Numbered from the stretch's first letter, positions 10,717 through 24,374 are shown. The stretch: DNA of 64,000 nt from Cyanophora paradoxa CCMP329 (GCA_004431415.1 QPMI01000437.1:248001-312000); one strand, 5' to 3'. Numbers and translations: made by a program. Notes: a model not told the origin generated them from the sequence alone.

Positions 10717-13700
10717 TCAGCTGCCGGGGGCGGCTGGGAGGCGAGCCCGGAAGACCCGCGCGGCCCGCGCGAAGAAGAGCTCGGCGTTGGCAGCCGCCAC
10801 TCGCTCCGCAATTTCCAGCGCCGCGGCCGGCGAGGGGACCGGTCCCGCGGGCCGCGGGCCCCGGCCCAGGAGGCGGAGGCGGCCCCAGCGGGGGATCGGC
10901 CGGGGGTACGTGCCATCCTGCGAGTGGGCGGCCAGGAGCAGCAGGGCGAGGACGCAGTCGCGGGGGTACAGCGCCCGGTCGTTGCCCGTGGGGCCCTCGC
11001 CCGCCCCGCCCCGCGCCGCGGCCGCCGCAAAGCACTCCACCGCCTGCCCGCGCCGCCCGTGGGCGCTGTGGGCGATTCCCTCTCCGATCCGCCGCATCCC
11101 CTCGATCTGCGGCGCGCGGGCGGCCGCCTCGAGACCGAAGGGGGGCCGGGCCGCGCCGTGCATGCAGGGGTACACGCACAAGCTCGTTTCGCCGCTGCCG
11201 TTGGAGGCACTTGACGCCCAGGTCGAGCGCGGCCACGAGCCGCGCGGGGGGGTACGGCGCCCCGGCCCCGGCCGGGGTACGCGAATCGCCACCCTCGCCG
11301 GCGTCCGGCGGCTTGGCCCCCGGGCCGGGTAGCAGAACCTCGATCAGGACGGCCGCGGGGTGGCCGGCGCCGTCGGGGGGGTACGCCGCCCGCAGCCACG
11401 CGAGGAACAGCACCAGCATCGAGTCGACGACCATGTCCGCCGCGACCTGCGGCCGGCTCCTAGGAGGCGAAGGGGGGTACAGGGCAGGCCGGGGGTACGG
11501 TACCACGGAGGTGGTGTCGGGGTCCGACCGCACGACGTCCAGCGTTGTCAGAGCGGTCTGGGGGTACCGGGTCAAAGGGCGGGCGGAGGATGAGGGGTGT
11601 GAAGTACTCGTACCTCGACTGCTGTCTTGCGGCAGGAGGGGGCCCGCCTATCGAGCCCGAGAGAGCGCGCGGTAGCCTGCGGCGAAAACGAGTGAGACGC
11701 TTTTCGAAGGGCCCCGCAGAGGCTCCTAGGACCCGCCTGGGTCAGGACTCCGTAGAGGAAAGAGCGCAGCCAGCCAACGACGCCCGCTGGAGGCGGGTAC
11801 GCGATCAGATGAGAAGGAAAAAATAGAGAGCCGGCACGGAGCCGAACCTGCGCTCGCTGCAACGATCCGATCGACACGCTCGAGCGCCCGCTGGGACTGG
11901 TCCTGAAGGGGTATCAGGAAAAGGGCGGGGGAGGACAGGGAGCCGGGGAGGGGTACCCCGAAAAGGTCGATGAGGGCCAGGGCCGTGGGGGCCAGGACCT
12001 GCCTGGGCCGTGAGTCACGCAGCAAATTCGGCACCGGGGGGTACGTATACGGCACCGAGTAGAACTCGTCGCTCCGGCCGAGCGCCTCTCCCGCCCGAGC
12101 CTTCTCCAAAGCGCCCTGAAAGAGAGGGATGAGGGGGGTACGGGGGTACGGGTAAGAGGGGGGTACCTCGATGCCGGCGGCGACGACGCGGAGAGCTTCT
12201 GGGGGGCAGGGTCCCCTAAGGAAGGCAGCCAGGCGGTACGCGAACGCGTGGATCGAGTCGCGGTGCGCCCCCTTTTCCACACGTGAGGGGGGTAGAGCGA
12301 GGAATGGGGAGGGGGGGTACACACGACGAGGGCGGCCCGCTCTTCCAGGGCCTGGAGCGTGCGGATCTGGCGGGGGCTCAACCTTGAGCAAAATCTGTTA
12401 GAGCGGGGGGGGGTACGCACCATCTCCTCTACATCCCCTCGCAAGAGGTTCGTGAACGCTATGATCTAATAATAGGTCAGAAAATCGAGCATGGGCGTAC
12501 ATGCACAAGAGAAGCGCGCCTTGTAGACCCGCATGAGCTTCTCGGTACCCACCTCCGCCTCACAGGCCGCCAGAACGCGCTGCGGTCGGTTCGAGGGGGG
12601 TACGCGGCGCGGCAGGATCGGGGCAGAAGGCGGGTACCTTCGTAAGGGTAAGGTAGGCCTGGGCGTGCTTTTTTCCGTTCCTCAGGGCGAGGGCCGTGAC
12701 AGCCTGGGCCTGTACCCCTGCTCAGCGGGGTACGATAATCAAAGGCAAAGACGAGTGACGAACTGCCAGCGCGAGAGCAGCGGCCAGGTTGCTGGGGCTC
12801 ACTTCGTTGTCGAAGCAGTGCGTAATCTTCAGGGGTGCCGCGTGAGTCACGGGCGGAAAAGGGCTCCCGGCTGGTTCGAACCAGGGACGTGGTGGTCATC
12901 GCAGAGAGGAAACGGTCGGCCTGGTTGATCGCGGAGAGCCGCAGGACCTGCCGCACCGCGTGACGTCACGGAGAGGGTTACAGTATTCGGGTCGGGAGGG
13001 GTACAGCGCACGCTGAGGACTCGGGCGATCTCGTCGTTGAGCTGGAGATCGAATTCGAGGGCGGGTTAGGAAACGCGCCTCGCCCGATCAAATTCGGACC
13101 CGGTGCCCAGCGCCCAGCGCCCAGCGCCCTACCTCTCTCTCGTCGTCGCTGGCGGCGGGGCGGCGGGTGAGGACCGCCCTCCCGTCCTCGGTGAGCGCCA
13201 CCGGCTGATCACGGGCGGATCGGGAGTGAGGTTTCGAGCAGGGGGGCGCGGTGGCGCGCCCGCGCACCTCGCGCTTGGCCGCCTTGCGCGCGGCGCGGAG
13301 GGCTCTGAAGAGCATGACGAGGCGGCTCCTGCTCGCTTCCTCAGATATCTAGAGTCGCGAGGGGAGGGGCCCAAAGAGCGCACGAGGGGAGGGGCCTCCC
13401 CAAAAGGCGCAGGGCCGCGTGGGCGCAGTCCGCCGCCCTCGGGTACATGCCTGAGGAGGGCGAGCGTAAAAAAAGGACGAATTAAGGAAAGAGGGGAGAA
13501 ATACAAAGAGCTCAGCTAGGGAAGGGGCTACGTATATACATTAATTTGGGGCAGACGTTAAAGACGGACGGACCGAGCCTGAAAGACGTTAAAGATGGGG
13601 CAGAATTTATTTAGAGGAGAAATTTGAAGAGCGGACCGAGTCGGGAGAGGCACTCTGCGGAGGCGCGGAGCCAGCGGGCGCGGCGGCGCGGCGGCGCCTC

Positions 13701-14935
13701 GCAGCGCGCCAGCAGGTCCTCGTAGTACCGCAGCGCCTGCCGCAGCGCCGGCGCCTTAGGGGGGATGGAGGGGCGGGGAGGGGGGGTTCGGCGCGCCTCG
13801 GCGTTGGCGTAGGAGTCGAAGGCGGCGCGGGCGCAGGCCTCGAGGCAGGGCGCGGCCTGCGCGCCGAAGCTTCTCAGGGGCGGCCTCTTTGTGAATCGCA
13901 GAGCTAGCGAAGCCTAACTCTATTATTAATTTATGCCGTCGAGCCTCTTTTAAGGAATCTTAATTCATCATCTTTTTCAAGGCCGCTTCACGGACCCGCT
14001 GGGGGTCGTCGGCGGCCAGGAGGTGCCGGGCGAGGGCCGCGACCGCCGCCGGGTCGGCTCCCGCCAGCGCCGCTTTGCTTCGGTGGGGAAAGAGAGAGTA
14101 AGAGGAGGGGAGGAAAGGAGAGGAGAGGGAGATATATAGGCACCTCTGGGCGGTCATCTCGCCGCGGAGAGGGGTGGGGGGCGACCGCCCTCCCGCCGCG
14201 TCCGGCAGGATGCGCTCCTCCAGCGACTGGGCGAGCCTGCATGCGTGCGTACCCCCGGCGAGGCTCAGCCAATGGAGGGCGGGGCAAAGCAGGTCGGAGC
14301 AGGATGCCCGTAGAAGGGGGGTCTGTTAAGGGGGAAGGGGGCAGAGCAGGGCAGGACAGGGCAGGGCAGGTCGGGAGGGGAGCCTGGCGGGGGGGCGGCG
14401 GGGCGGGGCAGGTCGGAGCGGAGCTATTGAGGGGCAGGTCGGAGCGGAGTGAGGGCGGAGCAGAGCAGATCAGAGTAGGAGGTCCTTCGTTAAAGGGGTC
14501 TTAAGGAGGCTGAGCCAAGAAAAGGCAAGTTCTTGGCGATAGCTAACTAAGGGGTACAGGCCAGGCCTGAGGGCGGGGCGGGGCGGGGCGGGGCGGGGCA
14601 CCGCCTGTGCAGCGCGCGGCGCTCGCCGAAAGGAAGGAGCGCGTACGCGACCTCCCGCATCGAGGAGAGGCCTGAGAGGGGGGCGAGCTTAGGAGGGAGA
14701 GGAGAAAGTGCGGGGGGGGCGGGGGGAGGGGGGTACGCGCGCACCGAAAGCGTACGCGGAGCCGTCGGTCCCCTCCTCGCGCTGCGCGCGCCGCGCTCGA
14801 GTCAGAAGGAAGAGAGAACAGAGAGGAGGAGGAAGAAAGGGAGGAAAGAAGGAAGGGACCGCAGATGGGACCGCGGGCGGACCACAGAAACCGCAGAAAG
14901 AGAGGGAGGGAGGGAGCGCGGGCGGGCGGCGCGGG

Positions 14936-14978
<43 letters not shown>

Positions 14979-17900
14979 CGGACCAGGATGCCGAGGTGCG
15001 CGAGGCGGCGCAGGTCGGCGCGGACTCGCCCCAGCGCGTCGCCTTGCGAGCTGGAGGCAGAGGCGGGGGCGGAGGAGGAGGCGGAAGGGCTGGCGGGGCC
15101 GCCCGGCGCAGCTGCCGCCGCCATGGGGTGCAGCGCCGTCACCTGGCCATGGGGATCGCTAAGTGCGAGGCCGGGCGAGGCCGTGTTGCACTTTTGACGT
15201 CGAACCTCGGCGGCCGTGCAGCGCATGCCGACGACGCTCGCGAGCTGCGCAGGTGAGACGCAGGAGGGATGGAGGGAGGGAGGGAGGGAGGGAGCAGCGG
15301 GGCGCCAATCGCGAGGGCTTGCCTTGAGGGTGAGCAGCTCTGAGGGCGCGAGGCGGTCGCAGCGCGAGAGGAGCGCCGCCCGCAGCGCGTCTGCGGCCCG
15401 CCGATACCGATATCGATCAGATTCCTCGTAGGAAGATGGAGATTAGGGATGCCTTCAGCAGCTTTCGCTCACCGGAGGGCTTCGGGATGCGCAGAGCCTT
15501 GAGGAGGGTACAGGCGTGCGTCGCCGAGTCCACCTCGATGAACCCCTCCCTGCGCTATTTTTAGAGCTCTCGTAAGAAGAAAGGGGCGGATTCGAACCGG
15601 AGAAGGCGCTCCGAGACGTCGCGGACGAGGAAGGGTACCCCTCCGCTCTCCTCGGCTTGAAGGGGGAACTTCAGGGAAGTAAGCTCGGGGGGGAGGGGAG
15701 GGGGGTACCGATGAAAGCGAGGACGGCCTGGGGTATCGTGGAGGCGCTCAGGTGCGCCCTCGCCAGAGCCGCGACATCGTCCTGCATTCTATTTTTAGAT
15801 GGGAGGGGGTTGGGGGTACGGCATTCGGACCGGGGGTAGGGAGCGCAGGTCGAAGCGCCGGTCGGCGAGGGCGGATAGGTCCAAGGCCGCCGAAGAGAGG
15901 CGGAAGGCTTTCGCTGCAGGCGGGGGGGGGTACAATTGAGAATCGGGGGTACGGGAATGCGCGGGGGGGGGGCGAACTGGAGTCGGTGGCGGGCTTGGCC
16001 GAGTCGTCCCACTCCGGCCCGCCCGACTCCGTCACGACGAGCAGGAGCCGCGCCTGAGCGAAGATTAAATCAATCAGAGTAAAGACAAATTTAACGATTG
16101 TAATAAAACTTCTTCTAGAGCGAAGTAGAGACAAATTTAACGATTGGAAATCAAAAGGCGCGCCGTTTGGTCGGCGGGCAGTTCCCTGGCCAGTTGCAGC
16201 AGCGCCTCCCGGCTCTGGCTGTCGTAGCCGTCCGCGTCTGGCGCGCGATCAGATTTGGAAGAGGGAAGAGAGGGGGTACTCGTGCCTTCGAATAGGAGGA
16301 GGAGCGGGGGTCCCGTGGCGGCCGACGCGAGCACGAGGCGGACGATGAGGGAGCGAAGCGAGGCCGCCAGCGCGTCCGCGGGGGGTACGGGGCCCGCCAT
16401 CCTCCTGGAGGTGTACCCGACGGGCAGGGGTATGACGCGGGCGGAGTACGAGGGCTCCGCGGCGCTGCCGGGGTACATGCCGCCAATGCCGGCGATTTGG
16501 ACGGAGGCGCTCGTCTCTGTACCCCGGCTCTTGATGTACAGAGCCCGCGCCAGCGCCGGTAGCAGCTTCGCGTCCTCCTGGGAGCAGGCGGGGGGTACCG
16601 CCTCCTCCTGGAGCCCGCCGGGGTACAGCGCCGAGAAAACGGGCCGCCACGCGGAGAGCGGCGCGGCGTCCCCGTCGGCGCCGGAGGCGAGGACGACGCG
16701 CCAGCCCTTCTCCGATGCGGCGGACGCCGCGCGGCGCGCCAGTGCGCTCTTGCCGAAGCCCTCGGCATGGGACGGTACGCCGGCGTCTGCGATATCCCTC
16801 CTAACGAAGAAGTTTAAGAAGCCTGCTTAAAGGGTTGTTCTTAAGAAGCTGAAGAAGCTGAAGGGAGCCCGGGGCGCGCTCCTTAGCCAGGGGGGCCCTT
16901 CGGCATGGGACGGTACGCCGGCGTCTGCGATATCGATGCGACGGTTCCTTAAAATTGAAGCTTGTTTGCTTAAAGCTCAAAGCTAAGCGGCGTCTGGGAA
17001 GCTTGAAGCTTAAATAGAAGATGGTAGATTATGTTTGACATATAATAGCAGTGAAGCTTGAGTTTTCGGCGCACGAGGCCCGGGAAGCCCTTGAGGGGGA
17101 ACTCGCCCGCCCGTTCGGTCGAGACCCGGCCCCCCCTGCTCGCTCGCTTCAGATATAAATAGATCGAGCGGAAGCGAACGAAGGGGGGGGGGGGGTTGCG
17201 CACGCCGCGCGGGCGGTCGGCTCGTCGGCGAGTACCCCGGAGGCGGAGGATTCGGCCTTGGCCATCAGGCGGGCCGCCAGGTTCACGACGCTGCGGCGGT
17301 ACAGTTGAGCGGGGGTCGGGGAGAGAGGGGCGGGGGGGGGGGGGGGGGAGGGGGGGAGGGGGGGGGAGAGGGGGGGGAGGGAGGGAACCTCCCGAAAACG
17401 GCGTATCTGTGACGGGGTCAGAGCGAGGTCGGGCGGAGAAAAGAGGTGGGGGTACGGCGCACTCGCAGCGCCGGGGCCCCCCCACGAACGTGCAGAAGGC
17501 GAGCCTGCGGAGGCCGGTGGGGAGGGGTACGTCGAGCGGAGAGGGGTACGCACCCCGTCGTGACGCCGACGTGGATCTCTACCCCCGCCGCGTCCATCTC
17601 CTCCTGCGGGGGCTTGAACCGGCGGAGCGGAAACGGGCCGCCGGGGATTTCGAACCCGCATCTCGACCGCGGTGAGGAGGCACCTTGCAGGGTCGTCGCT
17701 GTGGGCGACGGGGTACAGCCCGAACACGCCTGGCGGGGTACGCGTCATTCGAACAACCTAAAAATAGAAAGGACGGGGGTACCGATCAGAACGAGGCCTT
17801 TGTCGTCCATCAGAACTTGCCGGAGCGATCCTGGGTACGCGATATATGTGTTTGGCCCAGAACTAGCCAGGAATCTAGAGGTGGGATGAGGCACCCTCGC

Positions 17901-20000
17901 GGGCGTAGAGGCGGGTCTGGAGCGCGCGGATCGCGCTGCGGACGGCGGGGGCGCTGAAGGGGACCGCCGGGTCCGAGGGGTCGCCCAGGGCCCCCTGCCC
18001 TATCTTGGCGAAGAGCACGGAGACCTGTATGGGGGGGAGGGGGGGGGGAGGGGGGGGAGGAAGCGATCGGTTTCGAAGGGGGGGGGGAGGGGAGGGGGAG
18101 GAAGCGATCGGTTTCGAAGGGGGGGGCGGGGGGGGGTTTGGGGAGAGGAGGGGAGGGAAGCGCGAACCGCTCGAAACTCAGAGAGGAGGCGCGCGGGGCT
18201 GGCGCCCGGCCCGAGGGCGGCCAGCTCCCCCATCCTCGCTCGGACCTGCCCGCCAAGCCAAGAACCAACTTCGAAGGCTTTCCAAAGTTCAACGAGGCGC
18301 AGTCTATATTTAGCGCACGGTGTAAGGGACGTAGCACGCCGCGGCGGCCTCCTGCTCCGCGGTGAGGGGCGGCGGGGGGGCCGCCCACGCCAGCGCCCCC
18401 GCCAGCGTCCCTGCCGCACCCATCAGCGAACGGAAACGGAGGGGGGAAGCGGGGAAAGGAAAGGGAGCGCGCCGGAATCGAACCCGAGGTCGCGGATGTG
18501 CTCGGCGAGGCGGGGCAGGAGGGAGGGGTCGACGGCGAGGGCGGGGCCTTGCAGGCCGCTCAGATCTGAGGCGCTGGAGACGGAGGGCCGGGGCTGTGGC
18601 GAGGCGGAGAGCCACCGCTGCGAGGGCGAGCCGTGCGGCGGCGCCAGGAGGGACGTCACGCGGCGCTCGGAGGGGCTTGTACCCCCCTGCAGGGCGGGGA
18701 AGGAGGCGGGGCGGGAGGGGGAGGGCCCCGAGGCGGAGGGGCGCTGGGTGGGGCTAACCCCCGAGGGCTGCTGGGCCCGCGCGGAACCGCCCGCGGGGGT
18801 ACGGGGCGTCGCGTTCGGGTCCTCCTTGGGGTACACGGTGCTTCTCCGCGGCTTTAGCCGCCGCCCCGCGTTCTTGCCTCCCAGGAGGGAGGCCGGTAGC
18901 AGCGCCGCCACGCTCTCGCAGCACGCCACCTCCCTGTACCCCCGGCGTCAGATCCCTGTACCCCGGAGGAAGACGAGGGGGTACCCCGGCTCTACTGCTG
19001 CCAGGCCGTCGCCCGCCTCGACGATGGGGGTACCGGCGACGAAGAAGGCCATGCGGCCTGGGACCGGGGTACCGTCCTCGTTCTCGATCGGCTCGGCGGC
19101 CTCGGGGGGTACGGACGGCGCCGGGGGGGCCGCGGCGCTCCGGAGTACGGCCCAGGGGCCGCCGCCGACCTCCGCGGACGCCGCGGCACCGGCGCCGGCG
19201 CCGGCGGAAAGGAACCAGAGGGGACCGGCGGCGAGGGAGGCCCGGAGCCTGAGGCCGCGTAGCGACGCCCCCGCGCCCTCGAAGCGGGCCTGTACCCGTA
19301 GGGCGCACTCGAGCGCAGCAGCGGCCAGGAGGGGCAGGCCCGGAGACTCGTCGCGATCGCTGTACCCCTCCTCGTCCTCGAAGAAGGGGGATACCGGCCA
19401 CGCGGCCAGGAGCCCGTCCCCCGAGAACTGGGGTACGGGACTCGGGCCGTGGGGTACAGGAGGGGAGGGGGGTACAGCGGACCGAGAGGACGTCGCCGCC
19501 GAAGCTCGCGATCGCGGAGATCTCCTCCTCGAAAGCGCTGTTCACGAGCTCCGAGAGCTCCTGGGGAGGGGGTACGAAAAAGTTAGGGGGTGGGGGGTAC
19601 GGGGGGAGCGACCGCGGGGGGGGGGGGGGGGTAAGGTACGCGCCTCCATGGCATGCTCGGACGTGAATCGCGAGCAGAGGGCAGAGAATCCGACCAGATC
19701 GAACAGGCAGACCTGCACGTTGGGCAGATCACGGTCAGCGCGGCCCACAGCAAGGGCGCCGGCGGCGATTGAGGCGCGGGGCGGGCGCGCGCCACCGCAT
19801 CGCAGTGAGACCGAATCCTGCGGCCTCTGCACTGCTCCTGCACAAGCCTGCGCTCCCTGCCATCAGCGCCCCGTCCCGTCCCGTCCCCGCTGTATGTTTA
19901 AGGCGCCTGGTGCCGGCCGCGGGCGGGCGCACCTCGCACAGAACGCTTGCGTTCCGTAAGGCAACACGTCACGCCCGCCTCCTTCGGCAGCCGGCGCCAT
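10717..20000 (-). CDS. Soluble adenylyl cyclase (ADCY10/sAC-like): two class III cyclase domains + STAND ATPase + helical C-terminal region, multi-exon
   Basis: C1: VCLFDLVGFS, FGGDVLS|FSGDGLLAAW. C2: FLMDDKGLVL, GVFGLYPVAHSDD, IHVGVTTG, AFCTFVGGPRRCE, VVNLAARLM, FPLKG. Walker A-like AEGFGKS (~16745-16765) and Walker B LLLLFE|DAD. Start MAPAAEG at 20000. Confidence 0.88.
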
Positions 20001-21289
20001 CGCCGCCGGCCGGGATGACCGCGCGGCCCCGATTCAGCGGTCGAGGCTAGCGGGCCCCGGGAGTTGTTGCAGAACAGCGGCTGCGAGAGTCGGCGCCATT
20101 TCACGCTTATGACTCCACTAACAACACCGAACTGCTCGGCGGGGCCGCGCGCTCCACGGCAATGTGAACTCCACGACCAGCTGCAGCGGCGGACGAGCGC
20201 GCCTCGGCGCGCTTGCAAATACTAAGAAGATGGGGGCTGATGTTGTGCTCGGGCGCGACGGTCGTCCGCTTCCGCAGGTCGGTCGTTCCGCAGCTTCAGG
20301 TTAAGAACATCAATTTGGAGAGATCTCGCGAGCTGGATACTAGTGCCTATGGAATTGCTAGAACATGCGCAGAGCCTGCGCAAGCGCGGCAGCATGAATA
20401 TGCATATGCGCACGGCCAGCCGGCCAGGATAATGCACTACTGCAGTTTGACGTCTAGATCTGCATTCGAAAGGAGGGAGGGCCTCTGGGCTGGCGCAGCC
20501 CGGCAGCTAGCGCTGCTGTACCCCAGCGACCCTGTCTATCCGTACCCCTCCAACCTTTCGGGGAATCGATATCCGGGATCCGGTGGAAATTGCAAATTGC
20601 AATTCGCCGCTTCGCTGCGGATTGAGCTCTCGCGCGCGCGCTCGCAGTGAAGCCGGTGACGCAAGAGATGGTTGCGGCGGCTCTGCGGGCCCACGCTGGC
20701 CTCCCCTCCGGACCGGGGGCCTAGGCTCCCGGCCATGGCCGCGTGCACGTGCATCGCGATCGCGAAACAGCCGTGACCGCCCGGCCGGGCCGTTTTCTCC
20801 GACGACGTCGACGCTTTCTCTGCTGCTGCAGGAGTCAATGCATATGTCATTTCGTTGAAGTTTCGAACAGTCACTGAGTGTTACTATTTGCGAATGAGAA
20901 CAGTTGTTGTACGTGCATCCGTGCATAGCGCGCAGTGCATATAAATCCATCATCATGGCATCTCATTCAGCTATACTTTCCGTTGATTCGAAATTGCACT
21001 TGTTCTCCCCATCTTCTCAGAGAGTCTGCCAGCCCCCTGCCAAGCTGGGCCGGCCGCCGCACGCGGATCAGCGGATCTAGAGCACTGACTCAGTGATCAT
21101 GAGACCTCCCCACTCAGCCGCCAGCTAAAGCCACTAGCTACCCGGTGACCCCCCCTCCTTCAGCTTGGCTGCACATGCGGGAATCACGATGGCAATTCTT
21201 GAGATATATTCCATTTTCCGTAAACTTCGCCGAGTCGAGATTTAATCTGGGTCGCCCGCGACCATGATCGTGATCGAAGAGGACCAATC

Positions 21290-22095
21290 ATTGAATATGT
21301 GTCCAGAGGAGACGGGGGCCAAGGGCCGCCCGGGCGGCGACGAGGACTGCGGCGAAGAGCCCCGCAAGGGACGTCGTTGGTGCGATGCCCGGCGCCGGCG
21401 CGGCGCCGCTGTAGTAGTACGGCCTGCGGAGGGGGGCGGGGTGGGAGGTCATGATCGCGCGTGAGAGAAGAGCGTCCCTCGAGCTCGTCCGGGTTCATGT
21501 ATACAAGCCGGGGGCGAAAATTCTAATATGTGTGTGTAATCAATGGGATCAACGGTTATAACTACTAGGCTAGGAAATTAAATGGTTCGGACGCGAAACT
21601 TTTAATATGCGTAAGCATTTCTAACTTAGCAATATGCGTGTATAATTAATGGGGTATAACCTTTCGCGTGTATAATTGATTGAGCATGCACGCACACGGC
21701 GGCGACGGGGGAATTCCACGCGAAAGCATTGAAGAAGGTGAAGGTGTCGAAGGCGCCGGTGGAGCTCCGGACCTGGAGGCCGTACCCCTGGCTCGGCGCG
21801 TACGCCGCCCCCTGCACGCGAAGCGGGCTTATAATTAGACGGGCGAAGTGCAGCGCGTCAGCCAGCGCCTTTAGTTTGAATCTGCGGTGCACCGATCGCG
21901 AGAGGGATCGCGCGCGCGCGGCCACGGGCGGCGCAGAGTGAGATGCATATATGTCGGGAACCGCTGCGCAATATTAGTATTTAAAATGAATACGAATGCC
22001 CAGGCCTAAAGCGCACTGAAGCGGATTTCTTCGGCGCTGACGAAGCGGGGGTTGATGGCGGGGCAGCGGACGGTCCCCGAGACGATGTCGATCTG
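21290..22095 (-). CDS. 3' part of a putative secreted/GPI-anchored protein gene; 5' end not identified (possibly cut by the adjacent retroelement)
   Basis: Exon-like segments IDIVSGTVRCPAINPRF, GAAYAPSQGYGLQVRSSTGAFDTFTFFNAFAW and a terminal YYYSGAAPAPGIAPTTSLAGLFAAVLVAARAAL that resembles an omega site plus hydrophobic tail. Confidence 0.35.
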
Positions 22096-22275
22096 CGCCC
22101 CCGGCCCGGCCCGCCGGCGCGGCCGCGTCTCAGGCTGCTGGTCAAGGCGGGCGGTGCCTCGGGCGGCCGGGGGCGGGGCGCACGGCAACGGCTTCGCCGA
22201 AGGAGAAGCCCTCACTAGTTAATCGCGGCCGGGCCACTAGTTAACTAGTAAGGCCAGTCGGGTCAGTCTGCGGCA

Positions 22276-24374
22276 TTGTTTTTGGAAAGTCTGCTGCATT
22301 CGTACACACTTGACAGCAGTCCCCCGCTCCTCGCCTATAGCTACCGGATACTGGGATGCTGACTGCAGGAGGAGATAGATGACAAGCTTAAGAGTGCTAC
22401 AGCTACTAGTCGTGTCGAGCTGGTGCTTTAATTAAATTTATAAATTAGCTGTAGTCTACCGAGTCGCCTCCAGAACATAATATGCGCCGGTCCTCCCGCG
22501 GTGAGCTTGGCATGGTGAGCTGCACGGTCCAAGATGCCCGCTTGATGGCTCGTAAAGCAAGGCCGTGGTGCGCTCTGCCCTATCTAATAGTGGAGGGGGT
22601 GCGGTGGGAGGAAGGGGTCCGCAGTGTCGTCGTGCCCGTCGTCACCGCCGCCGTTCGAAGTCCAGCTCCGACCAGCTTGGCGATCGCGAGACACCGTGCT
22701 CTGAGACCTGCGCCCTCTCCCCACCCATCGCCCCCCCCCCCTCCCCCTCCCCCCCCCCCCCCCCTCGGGCCCCTTCGAGGCTGGCTAGCCTTTGTATTTC
22801 AAGATGCCGTGCCCCGAGGGGTCGACATGGAGAAATTGATATGTACATGTGGCCGAGAGTCGCAGTGATGAGTTCAGAAGCTGGCGAGCGTGCTTGGATG
22901 GGCAGAGCAAGGTCGGGAGATGGGCCGGGCCAGTGGGGGAGATAGCGTCGTGGTGGATGCGGCGGCAGCCGCATATGGCGCATAGGTCTGGGAGGTAGTG
23001 GAGTATGCTGCGGGGCTTTCGAGGGTTGCGGGGCTTGGCGGGGTGCGGAGCTGTCGGCGTTAGCGGCGGTGGCGGCGGCCGGGGCAGCGGAGGCAGTTCT
23101 TCCAGTCGGGCTGGCTGCAGCTGGCGGCGGCGGAACGTTTTTCGGGTTTTTGAGGGAGCCTGAGCTGCAGGGATACGGGTGCTAGGTGGGCGCGCCGCGG
23201 CTGCCGCCATCGGTTTCCATTCGCCGGGTGCAAAGAATTTAAAGATGGAGTCCGCAGGAAGCCCTGGGCTGGGGTCCGGTGGGGGGCCAGAGGCGGCGCG
23301 CTTGCCGCGTTTCTGTCCTGGAGGTTTCCGCGGGGCCGGGACGTCTTTGCGTTTGCTGCTCGGCGCCTCTGACGTTGTTGTCCCTGGGCGACGTTTGGCG
23401 TTGGGGGCTGGGGTTGCATCTGCTCCCTCCGCTGTACGTTTGGAGCCAACTGGTGGGGGTCTGCCAGTGGGTGGTGGCGGGTGCTGCGGGGCGCCGTGCT
23501 CGTTTTTGGAGCGTTTGGTTGATGTGGGGGGCGCTGCAGGCGTGACCGCAGGTCGTTTCGCTGCGCGGGCTGGGGGCTGCGGCGGGTAGAGGATCCGGAG
23601 GGGTAGTTCGAGCTGGGTCATCGAGGACGTTGGCTGGGGGGGGCTAGGGTTACGGACTAGCTGGAATCCCACCCCTGCTGCGATGTCGAATTCGAAGCAG
23701 AGGCCCGTGGCCAGGTGGCGTAGGCACAGGCGGGTGGAGGCAAAGCTTGCTCCGCAGGTGTCGCAGCGAGGGCGTCGCGCTTCTAGTTTGTGAAGGCGGG
23801 CGCTGCGGCGGAGGGGCTGGTTATCCTGATGCTGAGCTGGGTGCTGACCGGGTTCCTTCGCTGGTTTCCTCCAGGTGAACGGCATCAACTCGGCTTCCAA
23901 GGCGGGAGCTGCCCCACCGATATATTCCGTAACCGTGACTTGCTGGCGTTCGAGCGAGGGGCATCGGGTAGTAGGGTTGAGAGGAATTGGTGCCGGGGAC
24001 GGCATGGTGGATGCCTTAGCGGGCGTCGGGGCCTGGGCCCGCTTAGTACGCTTTTTTCCTGACGTGATGCCGTGCTCCTGTTCCCAGGCAATGACTGCGT
24101 CGCAGCGAGTTTTCCAGATGGCGCGCGCGTGTTCGTCCGCCAGCTGTGCTAAGCCGTTCACTGCTTGTTGCGAGGCTGTGGCGAGGGCTCGGACCCCGAA
24201 CGCTCGGAGTAGGGCGTGGATGCCTTGCGGTGCAACAAGCTGGAAGAGAGCTCGGAATTCAAATTGGTGCAATAAGTCAGCGGCTTCGAGAGTTGCTAGT
24301 TTTTGGCCCAGTGGGCAATCTGGGCAATCCAAGGCGGCGATCGCGAGGAATGCTAACGTAATTTCTGAATACAC
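22276..24374 (-). mobile_element. 5'-truncated non-LTR retrotransposon (family A, copy 1); 529-aa ORF resembling the C-terminal part of a LINE ORF2 with Cys/His motifs
   Basis: ORF 22785-24374 contains AIWKTRC..WE, C2H2-like CDTCG..CLRH and CAICGC..HH. The A-rich 3' end is at ~22276-22283. The last ~900 bp match 50631-51522 in inverted orientation. No RT or endonuclease domain lies in the window. Confidence 0.72.

Noticed and set aside
18496-19959. 487-aa plus-strand ORF
   Set aside because: Antisense to cyclase exons, low complexity, no motifs.
20213-20956. Short overlapping ORFs upstream of the cyclase gene
   Set aside because: No coherent spliced product or domain. The region is palindrome-rich intergenic DNA.
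22310-22380. HDV-like ribozyme suggested by ctcctcgc
   Set aside because: The P3 and P1 pairings could not be completed, and the motif is antisense to the element.
22428-22447. 17-bp AT-rich insertion in retroelement A copy 1 as another footprint
   Set aside because: It may be nested events but does not parse cleanly as X-rc(X)-X, so it was not counted.
22785-24374. TnpB/Fanzor reading of the CxxCG motifs plus a conserved 3' non-coding region
   Set aside because: No RuvC motifs are seen. The A-tail, 5' truncation and 19-bp TSD of the sister copy indicate non-LTR retrotransposition.
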